Counted from the stretch's first letter, positions 6,926 to 15,223 are shown. The stretch: DNA of 16,825 bases from Armatimonadota bacterium (GCA_038248345.1 JBBRXO010000061.1:1-16825); one strand, 5' to 3'. Program-made: numbers and translations. The notes: generated from the sequence alone by a model not told the origin.

Positions 6926-7432
6926 TTATCCTTCTTCTGTTTCCTCATCAAGTCGCCCGGCGCGGATTATGTGCAGGGCAGCGCCTATGAAGAGACCGGC
7001 ATCAGCCCAGATGAGGAAATTCTGCAGCGCGAAAACGCTGATGGCGAGATCCGAGTAGGGCTCGAAAAAGGTAAGATGGAGAAAATCTACTAAAAGACCG
7101 AGGAGGCCGCAAATTATCACACAGTCGATCAAACAGAAGGCCAGTCCCAGGTTGAGCATGGCCGCGTAACGGCGATCGGCAGGCGCGCCATGGAAACGCA
7201 CCAACAGAACCAGCCGGCAGAGCAACGCCACCGCCGCCCCGGCAATTGGTCCTATCATTAAAAAGGAAGCAAGCAGGTCGCCAACATGCAAAAAACCGGG
7301 GATGAGCGCGCCCAGGTAGAAGTTCATCACCCCCACGCCCCCGCCGATGAGCGCACCCACCAGCAAGCCGGAGAATATCCAGCCGAGGGGGGTAGGGCGC
7401 GGGGTATTCGTGTTGTCGTTCGCTGTCATCAT
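6926..7432 (-). CDS. Hypothetical integral membrane protein (~4 TM)
   Basis: 168 aa with four Gly-rich hydrophobic segments and an acidic C-terminus, co-oriented with its neighbours. No family recognised. Confidence 0.7.
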   Translation of the reverse strand: MMTANDNTNTPRPTPLGWIFSGLLVGALIGGGVGVMNFYLGALIPGFLHVGDLLASFLMIGPIAGAAVALLCRLVLLVRFHGAPADRRYAAMLNLGLAFCLIDCVIICGLLGLLVDFLHLTFFEPYSDLAISVFALQNFLIWADAGLFIGAALHIIRAGRLDEETEEG

Positions 7433-7541
7433 TTATTTACTATCTCACATATAGGTATCGTATGCGTTAGTTTTATCTAAAATCGGTTTCGCCCATAACC
7501 AGATTCCTTATGAGCTACTAGGGCTCAGTGGCTCTCAAACG

Positions 7542-7645
7542 GATACTAACATAGCCTCGGGTGAAGCCCGGTGTAGGCTTTTGAACACTAATACTTAGGT
7601 TTTTTAACCTATTCCACGGGTTTCGCCCGGGGCTATGTTAGTATC
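7542..7645. repeat. REPIN-like doublet, family F
   Basis: GATACTAACATAGCCTCGGGTGAAGCCCG ... CGGGTTTCGCCCGGGGCTATGTTAGTATC with a 15-bp perfect outer IR. The reverse complement of 7617-7640 is identical (24/24) to 16186-16209. A related hairpin CCTGGGGC-AAC-GCCCCAGG is at 7691-7709. Confidence 0.8.
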
Positions 7646-7765
7646 TCCCTATATGGTTATTGCTATTAGTAGACCGTTCATAAATTTAGACCTGGGGCAA
7701 CGCCCCAGGGGTTATGCGAGTACCTCTTACAACTTGTTTTTATGATAATTCTGGGGGGTTAGGTA

Positions 7766-8212
7766 TCAACCTATCTCCACAATCTCCCCCGTCACCACAC
7801 CTGCCTCCACGCGGAGCAGGCCCACGCTGTGCGCCCCGTGCTTCGGCTTTACGGGCGAGCCGGGGTTAAACCAGAGCACGCCGTCGCGCTCGCTGTTATC
7901 GGCGCTGTGCGTGTGACCGTACACCACCACCCGCGGGGCAGGAGTCACCTCGGCCCCGCGCCACGGCTCATGGCAGAGGAGGATGTCCACCCCCTCCAAC
8001 GTTAAACGCCGCGTCGCCGGGAAGGTATGCGGATCGAGGTCGAAATCGGTGTTACCACGCACCGCCACCACGCGGGCGATCTGCTCCAAATGCCAGATGA
8101 CGTCATCCGTCCCCACGTCCCCAGCATGCAAAATCAGCCCCACCCCGGCGAAAATCCGCTCCACCGCCGGAGTATAGCGTCCATGTGTATCTGATATTAC
8201 GCCAATGAGCAT
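7766..8212 (-). CDS. YfcE/MJ0936-family metallophosphoesterase
   Basis: Motifs ISDTHG, HAGD, VRGNTD, CH, GHTH and NPGS; 148 aa. Confidence 0.93.
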   Translation of the reverse strand: MLIGVISDTHGRYTPAVERIFAGVGLILHAGDVGTDDVIWHLEQIARVVAVRGNTDFDLDPHTFPATRRLTLEGVDILLCHEPWRGAEVTPAPRVVVYGHTHSADNSERDGVLWFNPGSPVKPKHGAHSVGLLRVEAGVVTGEIVEIG

Positions 8213-8229
8213 ATGATCCTAACCTTTAC

Positions 8230-8312
8230 CCACCCCCTGAAGGAGGTGGCTAACAACGGCAAGCACGCTAAAGCGCGCTGACAACCTAAAAACCTAAAAA
8301 CCTACAAACCTA
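8230..8312. repeat. Family C copy followed by an 8-bp tandem array (CCTAAAAA)n
   Basis: 8230-8279 closely matches 4725-4773. CCT recurs at 8285, 8293, 8301 and 8309, and the last unit contains the comF stop codon. Confidence 0.8.
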
Positions 8313-9017
8313 TACCGCCCGTGCCACCGTCAACGCCAGCACGCGTGCTGCGCCGGCGCGTTTCAGCACTCTGGCACACTCACGCAGTGTGCAACCGGTG
8401 GTGTAGACATCATCTACCAGTGCGATGCTGCGGCCCCGGACATCACCGTCCACCGCGAAGGCGCCGCGCACGTTGCGCTCGCGTTCGGCGGCGGGTAGCT
8501 CCATCTGCGGGGTGGTGTTCTGCGTGCGCTGCAATTGCTCCGCCTGCACCGCCATGTCCCAGCGGTTGCCGATCACCTCGGCCAGCAGCAGTGATTGATT
8601 GAAACCACGCAACGCCAGCCGCGACGGGTGCAGCGGCACCGGGCAGAGGATATCCACCGGGAAGGGCGACTCCACCTGTCGGGCGATAAACTCTCCCAGC
8701 GGGGCGGCCAGCGCACGCACGCCGTCGTACTTCAGCAGGTGTATCGCCCGGCGCAACTTGCCCCCGTACACCCCGGCGGCACGCGCGGCGTCATATACCG
8801 GCGGCTCGGTACGGCAGGCAGCACATTCCGGCAACATCTGCGCCAGCGGGTCAAAAGGCAGGCCGCATTGGCGGCAGAACGGGGCGGTGACAGGTACAAA
8901 ATCCGCCGCACAACTGGCGCAGATCACCCCCTCCTGCAGCGTCCCACACACCTCACAACGTGGCGGAAACAGCAGCGAAAGCAAACCCTCCAACAACAGC
9001 GCAGCCGGATTACCCAT
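8310..9017 (-). CDS. comF: ComF family protein (double zinc ribbon plus phosphoribosyltransferase-like domain)
   Basis: LFPPRCEVC...C..C...CRQCG...CAAC, PVPLHPSR..LRGFNQS, LVDDVYTTGCTL.EC; GAGGT SD. Confidence 0.95.
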   Translation of the reverse strand: MGNPAALLLEGLLSLLFPPRCEVCGTLQEGVICASCAADFVPVTAPFCRQCGLPFDPLAQMLPECAACRTEPPVYDAARAAGVYGGKLRRAIHLLKYDGVRALAAPLGEFIARQVESPFPVDILCPVPLHPSRLALRGFNQSLLLAEVIGNRWDMAVQAEQLQRTQNTTPQMELPAAERERNVRGAFAVDGDVRGRSIALVDDVYTTGCTLRECARVLKRAGAARVLALTVARAV

Positions 9018-9046
9018 TACTACCTCATAGTATTTATTGTGACCTG

Positions 9047-9075
9047 ATTATACGAATTGTAGAGAATAATGGCAA
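9047..9075 (-). promoter_or_regulatory. sigma70-type promoter of comF
   Basis: Minus-strand TTGCCA (9070-9075), 17 bp, TATAAT (9047-9052). Confidence 0.7.
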
Positions 9076-9078
9076 TAG

Positions 9079-9156
9079 TTAGGTTTTTTTAGGTCTGTAG
9101 GTCTTTAGGACTCTAGGTTTTATCGTGGCATGGGCGTCTCGCCCATGAGAACGTGC
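9079..9156. repeat. 8-bp periodic array (TAGG....)n followed by a single family B copy
   Basis: AGG at 9081, 9091, 9099, 9107 and 9115. 9122-9156 (ATCGTGGCATGGGCGTCTCGCCCATGAGAACGTGC) matches the reverse complement of 3602-3636 at 32/35. Confidence 0.8.
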
Positions 9157-9189
9157 AAATAGAGAAGTAATTATCGAATCGAATAAGCA

Positions 9190-9366
9190 GAGACGGGCCA
9201 ATTCGGAGATTAAGTTGTAGCCCGCGCCCGCCGTGGCGCGCTGACGGTGCAGGCGGAGAACTGCATCCCTGCGCAGTTGTAACCCGCGCCCGCCGTGGCG
9301 CGCTGTTGTATGCATATACGCGCCACGGGGTTACGAATACGCGCCACGGCGGGCGCGGGCTACAGC
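9190..9366. repeat. Family D (GTAGCCCGCGCCCGCCGTGGCGCG) REP cluster interleaved with family E hairpins
   Basis: 31-bp direct repeats at 9213-9243 and 9275-9305 (1 mismatch), an inverted full copy at about 9340-9366 and a partial copy at 9316-9334. The homologous unit is at 15920-15982. Confidence 0.85.
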
Positions 9367-9391
9367 GACTAGTGACTAGCGACTAGTGACT
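9364..9391. repeat. 7-bp tandem repeat (AGYGACT)x4
   Basis: AGCGACT AGTGACT AGCGACT AGTGACT. Confidence 0.9.
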
Positions 9392-9401
9392 ATGCTAAAA
9401 T
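9372..9401 (+). promoter_or_regulatory. Putative leaderless promoter of murF
   Basis: Extended -10 TGCTAAAAT (9393-9401) lies 7 nt before ATG 9409. GTGACT (9372-9377) is 18 bp upstream, within the heptamer array. No SD. Confidence 0.5.
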
Positions 9402-9408
9402 GGGCATC

Positions 9409-10791
9409 ATGGGTAGTTTTACACTGCATCAATTATTAGAAGCAACTGGCGGGGAGCTGCTGTTGAGCGGACCGGCGGTGCATTTTCAGGGGATATGTAC
9501 TGACACGCGCAATTTGCAGCGCGGGGATATCTTTTTTGCGCTGCATGGCGAAGGCTCGAACGGGCACAAGTATCTGAAGATCGCCCGGGAGATGGGCGCG
9601 GCCGGAGCGGTGGTGGATGAGGCAGTGCCGGGCGTGCGCCGCCGCCATAACGAGATCGGCGAGTGGAATCTCATCGAGGTAATCGACACGCTGTATGCGC
9701 TGGGGCAATTGGCGCAGGCACAGCGGCGACGCTTCAAAATACCGGTAATCGCCATCACCGGCTCAGCAGGTAAAACAACCACCAAAGAGATGACCGCCGC
9801 CATCCTGAGTGTGCGCCACACGGTGGTGAAAACGCCGGGGAATTTCAACAACGAGATCGGTATGCCGCTGACGCTGATGCAACTGGATGAGCACACCCAG
9901 ACGGCAGTGGTGGAGTTCGGTATGCGCGGACCAGGGCAGATCGGCTACCTCGCCGCGCTGGCCCTGCCCACGGTGGGGGTGATCACCAACATCGGCGCCA
10001 GCCATCTGGAGCTACTCGGCACCCGCGAGAAAATCGCGATGGCGAAAGCGGAGTTGCTGGAGGTGTTGCCCGCGCACGCCACTGTGGTGCTCCCCGGCGA
10101 GGACGATTTCTTCACTATGCTGCGCGAACGCGCGCGCGGGCCGGTAGTCACCGTGGGCGAGTGCCCCGACTTCGATCTGTGGGCAAGTGATATCACCCTG
10201 GGCGACACCAGTTGCGCCAATTTCACCCTGCACTTCCGCGGGATCGAGTTGCCCATCGCGCTGGCGGTGCCGGGGCGTGTGCAGGTGAATAATGCCCTGG
10301 CCGCCGCCGCCGCCGCACTGGCCGCCGGGAGCGAGCTGGAGGATATCGCCATCGGCCTGGCGGGCTACACCGGCATCGACGGCAGGATGCAGACGCATAC
10401 TGCTAAACGCGGCTTTACAGTGATTGATGACAGCTACAACGCCAATCCTGCTGCCGTGCGGGCAGCACTGTCCCACCTGGCGGAGGCCCCCGGAAAAGTG
10501 AAGCTGGCCATCCTCGGCGACATGCGCGAACTCGGCCCCGACGCTGCCGAATTGCACCGCGAACTGGGTGCCTATGCCATGACCCGCCACATTGACCACC
10601 TCTTCGCTCTCGGCGAGTTGGGCCGTGCGTACGTCGACGGCGCCGATTCGCAAAATGCCCAGTGGTTCCCCGACCATAACGCCGCCATAGCCGCCGCGCT
10701 GACCATCCTGCAACCCGGCGACATAGCGCTGATCAAAGGCAGCCGTGCGATGAAGATGGAAGTGATCGTACAGGGGCTGGTGGAGGCGTAG
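9409..10791 (+). CDS. murF: UDP-N-acetylmuramoyl-tripeptide--D-alanyl-D-alanine ligase
   Basis: TDTR, AITGSAGKTTTKEM (P-loop), GNFNNEIGMPLTL, VVEFGM, DDSYNANP, GDMRELG and KGSRAMKME. The start is ATG 9409 (favoured) or 9400. Confidence 0.97.
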   Translation: MGSFTLHQLLEATGGELLLSGPAVHFQGICTDTRNLQRGDIFFALHGEGSNGHKYLKIAREMGAAGAVVDEAVPGVRRRHNEIGEWNLIEVIDTLYALGQLAQAQRRRFKIPVIAITGSAGKTTTKEMTAAILSVRHTVVKTPGNFNNEIGMPLTLMQLDEHTQTAVVEFGMRGPGQIGYLAALALPTVGVITNIGASHLELLGTREKIAMAKAELLEVLPAHATVVLPGEDDFFTMLRERARGPVVTVGECPDFDLWASDITLGDTSCANFTLHFRGIELPIALAVPGRVQVNNALAAAAAALAAGSELEDIAIGLAGYTGIDGRMQTHTAKRGFTVIDDSYNANPAAVRAALSHLAEAPGKVKLAILGDMRELGPDAAELHRELGAYAMTRHIDHLFALGELGRAYVDGADSQNAQWFPDHNAAIAAALTILQPGDIALIKGSRAMKMEVIVQGLVEA

Positions 10792-10873
10792 ATCGGGTTC
10801 GTACAGGCACTAAAATATCGATACCCCCCATATGCTGGAATAAAATCGCCTATTCCGGTACAATACTGACATT

Positions 10874-12019
10874 ATGCTGATTGAATCTGATGCTCATTTA
10901 AGCTCTTTTTGTGCTTCGCTGGCAGGCGAACCGGCAATATTTATAGATACCGAGTTCGTGGGTGAAGGACGCTACTCGCCAGCGGTGGGGGCGATTCAGC
11001 TGGCGGCCGGGGATAAAGCCGTGCTGGTGGATCCGCTGGCGGTGCGCAATTTCGAGCCGCTATTTGCAATATTGCGTGACCCCGCCGTTATCAAGGTCTT
11101 CCATGCCGCCGGGCAAGACCTAATCATCCTCTACAATATGATGGGCACACCGGTGGCACCCATCTTCGACACGCAGATCGCTTTTGCGCTACTGGATAAC
11201 GAAGGGCAGATCTCTTTTCTCAACCTGGTAGAACGCATCACCGGGGTACATCTGCAAAAGGCACACGGCTTCACCGACTGGCTGCGACGCCCGCTTTCGC
11301 AAGGGCAGATAGAATATGCGTTGGATGATGTGCGGTACTTGATACCTGTGTATGTGAAACTACAAACTGAATTGCTGCGGCTGGAGCGCGAAAGCTGGGC
11401 ACGCGAAGAGTTCGCCAAGCTGGAGGATGCGGACAAATTCCGTCCACTCCCGCCGGAGCTGCTCTATACGAAACTGGGCGGAATCGACCGCTTGAGCGGA
11501 CAGGCAGTGGCAATCGCGGCACGACTGGCCGCCTACCGTGACGAGACCGCACGTCGAGAGAACCTGCCCCCGGGGCGCGTCATGAAAGATGAAGTGCTGC
11601 TGGAATACGCCCGCCACCCACGTAAAACGACGAAGGAACTGCTGGAGGTGCGCGGCGTACAGCCGCAGCAGATCAACCGCTACGGTGCTGGAATCCTGGC
11701 GGCAATTGAACGCGGGCTGAATTCTCCGAAGATTTCTTTGCCGCGCGGGCATGGATTATCTCCAGCTTTGGAGCCGACGGTGGACTTTCTCACCCTCTGT
11801 CTGCGCTCGCTGGCACGTGATTGCTCGGTCTCCTCCAGTATGCTGGCCAATCGGCACGATCTCATCGAACTAGTAGAGAAAGAGGCCGCCGCCAACATCC
11901 CACTGCTGCGCGGCTGGCGCCGTGAAGCGGTAGGCGATACCTTGCTGGCTACGCTAGCGGGGGACGCCACCGCCCATATCGTCCCCGGCACTCGCGAGGT
12001 GAAGCTGAACTGGAAATAG
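10874..12019 (+). CDS. rnd: Ribonuclease D
   Basis: DEDDy motifs DTEF, FHAAGQDL, FDTQIA, TDWLRRPLS..Q..YALDDV; HRDC region; C-terminal LLRGWRRE.VG; 381 aa. Confidence 0.93.
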   Translation: MLIESDAHLSSFCASLAGEPAIFIDTEFVGEGRYSPAVGAIQLAAGDKAVLVDPLAVRNFEPLFAILRDPAVIKVFHAAGQDLIILYNMMGTPVAPIFDTQIAFALLDNEGQISFLNLVERITGVHLQKAHGFTDWLRRPLSQGQIEYALDDVRYLIPVYVKLQTELLRLERESWAREEFAKLEDADKFRPLPPELLYTKLGGIDRLSGQAVAIAARLAAYRDETARRENLPPGRVMKDEVLLEYARHPRKTTKELLEVRGVQPQQINRYGAGILAAIERGLNSPKISLPRGHGLSPALEPTVDFLTLCLRSLARDCSVSSSMLANRHDLIELVEKEAAANIPLLRGWRREAVGDTLLATLAGDATAHIVPGTREVKLNWK

Positions 12020-12179
12020 TTTTACTCTTTCCAGATGCCCACTACTTTCCATTTTCTGCATCAAAAAGGATAATTGGCGGAAAATGGCGAATTTACGGTA
12101 TTATATATTGTGCGTAATCGGAGAATGATTATGCACGGCTGTTGATTGCCGGATGGTAATTCGGAAAAATGGAGGCCAC

Positions 12180-15100
12180 ATGTCACGGTTCTGGATAATT
12201 GCGTTTTTCCTGGGGCTGATATGCACCGTTGCGCTGGCGCAGAGTAACGACGATCCTACCTTCACTCCCCCACTGCCCAATATACGCTTATTTAACAACG
12301 AAGTGTATTTCACCCGTGATTGGGTGAAGAAGGCTTTGGGAGCGGATGTCGTCACCAAACGCCCGGCTGATGACAAAGTGTTACCATACGAGTTCGCTGT
12401 ATCGATGAACAATCGTTCCAGCATCCGCGACATTCGGCCCGACAACAAGAAAGTCGTGGTGATGCGCCGCGATACTCCCTACTCCTACGCTAATGGCGAC
12501 TTTATCCCCCAGCCGGTACTACCGTTTGTCGCGGGTACCGAGCTTTATGTGCCGTGGAAATTCCTCAAAGACAACTACGATCTGGGACCACGAGAGATAT
12601 TAGATTGGGGCGATACCGGGCTGATCTCCATTAACGAACTGGGAGCGTGGCTGGGAGGCGGCTATGGCAAAAAAACCAATACCGAATACTTCATCAACAA
12701 CCCGAAAAATTCCATCGTCTTCCGTACCGATGCTCCCTATGCCTATGTGAATAACGCTGGCTGGATCGATGAGCCTATCCGCCCGTTTGTCTTCAATGAT
12801 GGTCGATGTTACGTGCCGATTCACCAAGTCTCGCAGGTATTCGGTTTGCCGATGGTCGACCGGCGCAAACTATGGGTGACGCATTTCGATCAAAGCCTGG
12901 CCGGAACAATAGATTATCAGGCAGCTACAGAGGCCGTGACTACCTCGGACAGCGCCCCGGATGTCGCGCTGATTAAACGCTATAACACCACCAATGTCTC
13001 CCTCAAATTCCTGCGCGACAATTTCAAAATTACCATCACGGAAGCTGGCAACGATGTCCGTATGAGCATGGTGGTGAGCACATTGGTGGACGATGTAACG
13101 GGGGAATATACCCCCATTTATAAGCACCTGGTGCTCCGCCGCGACTTCACTGGGGCCTATATGACCCATTACGATACCGCCAGCAAGAGTTATGTCTCGG
13201 AATGGATCGCACAGCCAATTCGTCCGTTCAATGATAATGGCCAGACCTACGTCGACATCCGCATGTTAGGGCCTAATCTGGGCTTATACTGGCGTGAGGC
13301 ACGCGAATTTCTGCTCACTAATCCCGATAGCGGCGAAACACTCACTTTCCTCTGTGGCGATGAAGCCATGTGGGAGCGCCCGAATATCTTCAACGCCGCA
13401 CGCGACGGTGACTTGGCCATGTTGAACGTGTTCCTCAAACGGGGTGATGATTCATTGTTATCACAAAAATCGATGAGCGACGATAGTACCCCGCTTCACT
13501 TCGCGGCGGCGCGTGGGCGCATCACTACGATGATGACCTTGATTAATATGAGCAACAATGCCCGCCAACTCATCAATGCAAAAAATAAACTCAACTACAC
13601 CACCCTGCATGAAGCAGCGGCTATGGGCTACCTCGATGCTGTCGCCCTGTTGCTGGATAAAGGTGCGGATATCAAAGCCGTCACCTCCGAAGGCTACAAC
13701 GCGCTGCATCTGGCGGCGGCACATGGGCATTGGAAAGTGGCGCAATACCTCATCAACATGGGGGCCGATGTAGAATGGACGGATAATTTAGGATCAACTC
13801 CCCTGTATCTGGCCGCGCATGACGGACGTATCGATACTGCAGTGGCGTTACTCAACGGCAGAGCCGATGTTAACGCGGTCAACAATGACGACAAATCGAC
13901 CGCCTTACATGCGGCAGTATTCAGTGGCAACGCCGCCCTGGTCGAACTCCTGCTGACTTATGACCCTGATGTAAATGCTATCGCCACTAATAAGATTCTC
14001 ACACCACTACATGTAGCGGTTGCGAAAAACTACACAGAGATCATCAAGCTCCTGTTGGATAAAAATGCCGATGTGAATTTTGCGGGGGCAGCTGGTCTCA
14101 CTCCACTGCACATGGCGGCTATATATGGAAGTACGGAAGCAGCCGCAATACTGATAAACAATCCGTTGATCGACGTGAACGTCAAGACAACTGATACGGG
14201 GACCACCGTACTGCAATATGCTGCCGCTAATGCGCCATTGGCGCTAGTGAAGCTACTCGTCGAATCCAATAAGGGGATCGATATCAATGCGACAGCGGCG
14301 GACGGCGCTACCGCCCTGCAAGGTGCGGCAGCGGCGGGCAAAACTGATGTGGTGGAATACCTGATCAGCAAAAAAGCCCAGGCCAATACCGCCGATGTAA
14401 ATGGCATCACCCCGCTGCACGATGCCGCCAAAGCTGGCAATGTGGAGATCGTGAAGCTGCTGCTGGCAGAAGGGGTTCCGGTTAATTCCCGTGACAACCA
14501 GAAGCGCACCCCGCTGCATGAGGCCTGCACCAGCAACTCCGCCCTAGTGGTGACGGCGCTTTTGGCTGCCAAAGCCGAAATCGATGCCGTCGACGAGGCC
14601 GGCTTTACCCCCCTGCACGATGCAGCGCAGGTTGGAGCCACCGAAGTAATTAAAATACTGGTGAAAAATGGGGCGAAGGTAGATATTCTCGATGCCACCG
14701 GGCGCACGCCGCTTTTCCTAGCCATCGCGCTGTACCCCACCGCTCCTGCGCAGGCCACAGCTACAGCCGCTATGTTATTGGATATGAAGGCAAATACCGC
14801 TTTCAAAACGGCGGCGGAGGGCATTGCCCCCTTGCAATATGCTGCGATGAACAAGGCCGTCGCAATTATCCCCTTATTGCTGGCTGCTGGCGCCGACGTA
14901 AATGCAGTGGATAACGGCGGTTGGGCGGCTTTGCATGAAGCAGCCAAGGGCGGCGATGTCGCCACGGCCGCAGAAATACTGAAAGCGCCCGGCCTGAAGA
15001 AAGATGCGAAAAACGATCAGGGCGACACCGCCCTCGCTATCGCTCGTGCTACCAATAATAGCGACATGGTGGAGTTGTTGCTGAAATCCGGCTTCGCAGA

Positions 15101-15188
15101 TCCAAATACCACACCCACAACAACGCCTACCGAACCGACAACACCGGAACCGCCCGTAGACGGCGGCGGAGCCCCGGGAATAATATAA
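12180..15188 (+). CDS. Secreted ankyrin-repeat protein with N-terminal copper-amine-oxidase-N (stalk)-like repeats
   Basis: The start is likely ATG 12180 (GGAGG at 12171-12175). It has a signal peptide (MSRFWIIAFFLGLICTVALAQ), three AY.N....I..P.RPF....YVP-like repeats, about 17 ankyrin repeats (TPLH.AA..G) and a Pro/Thr tail. Confidence 0.9.
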   Translation: MSRFWIIAFFLGLICTVALAQSNDDPTFTPPLPNIRLFNNEVYFTRDWVKKALGADVVTKRPADDKVLPYEFAVSMNNRSSIRDIRPDNKKVVVMRRDTPYSYANGDFIPQPVLPFVAGTELYVPWKFLKDNYDLGPREILDWGDTGLISINELGAWLGGGYGKKTNTEYFINNPKNSIVFRTDAPYAYVNNAGWIDEPIRPFVFNDGRCYVPIHQVSQVFGLPMVDRRKLWVTHFDQSLAGTIDYQAATEAVTTSDSAPDVALIKRYNTTNVSLKFLRDNFKITITEAGNDVRMSMVVSTLVDDVTGEYTPIYKHLVLRRDFTGAYMTHYDTASKSYVSEWIAQPIRPFNDNGQTYVDIRMLGPNLGLYWREAREFLLTNPDSGETLTFLCGDEAMWERPNIFNAARDGDLAMLNVFLKRGDDSLLSQKSMSDDSTPLHFAAARGRITTMMTLINMSNNARQLINAKNKLNYTTLHEAAAMGYLDAVALLLDKGADIKAVTSEGYNALHLAAAHGHWKVAQYLINMGADVEWTDNLGSTPLYLAAHDGRIDTAVALLNGRADVNAVNNDDKSTALHAAVFSGNAALVELLLTYDPDVNAIATNKILTPLHVAVAKNYTEIIKLLLDKNADVNFAGAAGLTPLHMAAIYGSTEAAAILINNPLIDVNVKTTDTGTTVLQYAAANAPLALVKLLVESNKGIDINATAADGATALQGAAAAGKTDVVEYLISKKAQANTADVNGITPLHDAAKAGNVEIVKLLLAEGVPVNSRDNQKRTPLHEACTSNSALVVTALLAAKAEIDAVDEAGFTPLHDAAQVGATEVIKILVKNGAKVDILDATGRTPLFLAIALYPTAPAQATATAAMLLDMKANTAFKTAAEGIAPLQYAAMNKAVAIIPLLLAAGADVNAVDNGGWAALHEAAKGGDVATAAEILKAPGLKKDAKNDQGDTALAIARATNNSDMVELLLKSGFADPNTTPTTTPTEPTTPEPPVDGGGAPGII

Positions 15189-15197
15189 ACAAACAAG

Positions 15198-15223
15198 GTA
15201 GGGGCGTATCCTCACGCCCCTAC
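15198..15223. repeat. Collapsed family A palindrome (possible terminator or mRNA stability hairpin)
   Basis: GTAGGGGCGT-ATCCTC-ACGCCCCTAC, a 10-bp perfect stem immediately after the ankyrin gene. Confidence 0.7.

Noticed and set aside
9213..9305. CRISPR-like pattern: 31-bp repeat, 31-bp spacer, 31-bp repeat
   Set aside because: There are only two direct copies, followed by inverted copies. The spacer is itself a family E hairpin, a dispersed copy lies at 15954, and there are no cas genes or leader.
12153..12179. Upstream ATG for the ankyrin gene
   Set aside because: ATG 12180 has a GGAGG SD and places the signal peptide at the N-terminus.
14030..14965. 311-aa antisense ORF, plus other long shadows (10012-10713, 3701-4315, 1835-2452, 8595-9047)
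   Set aside because: They lie opposite well-supported genes, show no recognisable motifs, and are expected from GC-rich codon bias.
13380..15090. Ankyrin array as a diversity-generating or recent DNA tandem repeat
   Set aside because: The repeats are diverged at the nucleotide level, and no template/variable repeat pair or reverse transcriptase is seen.
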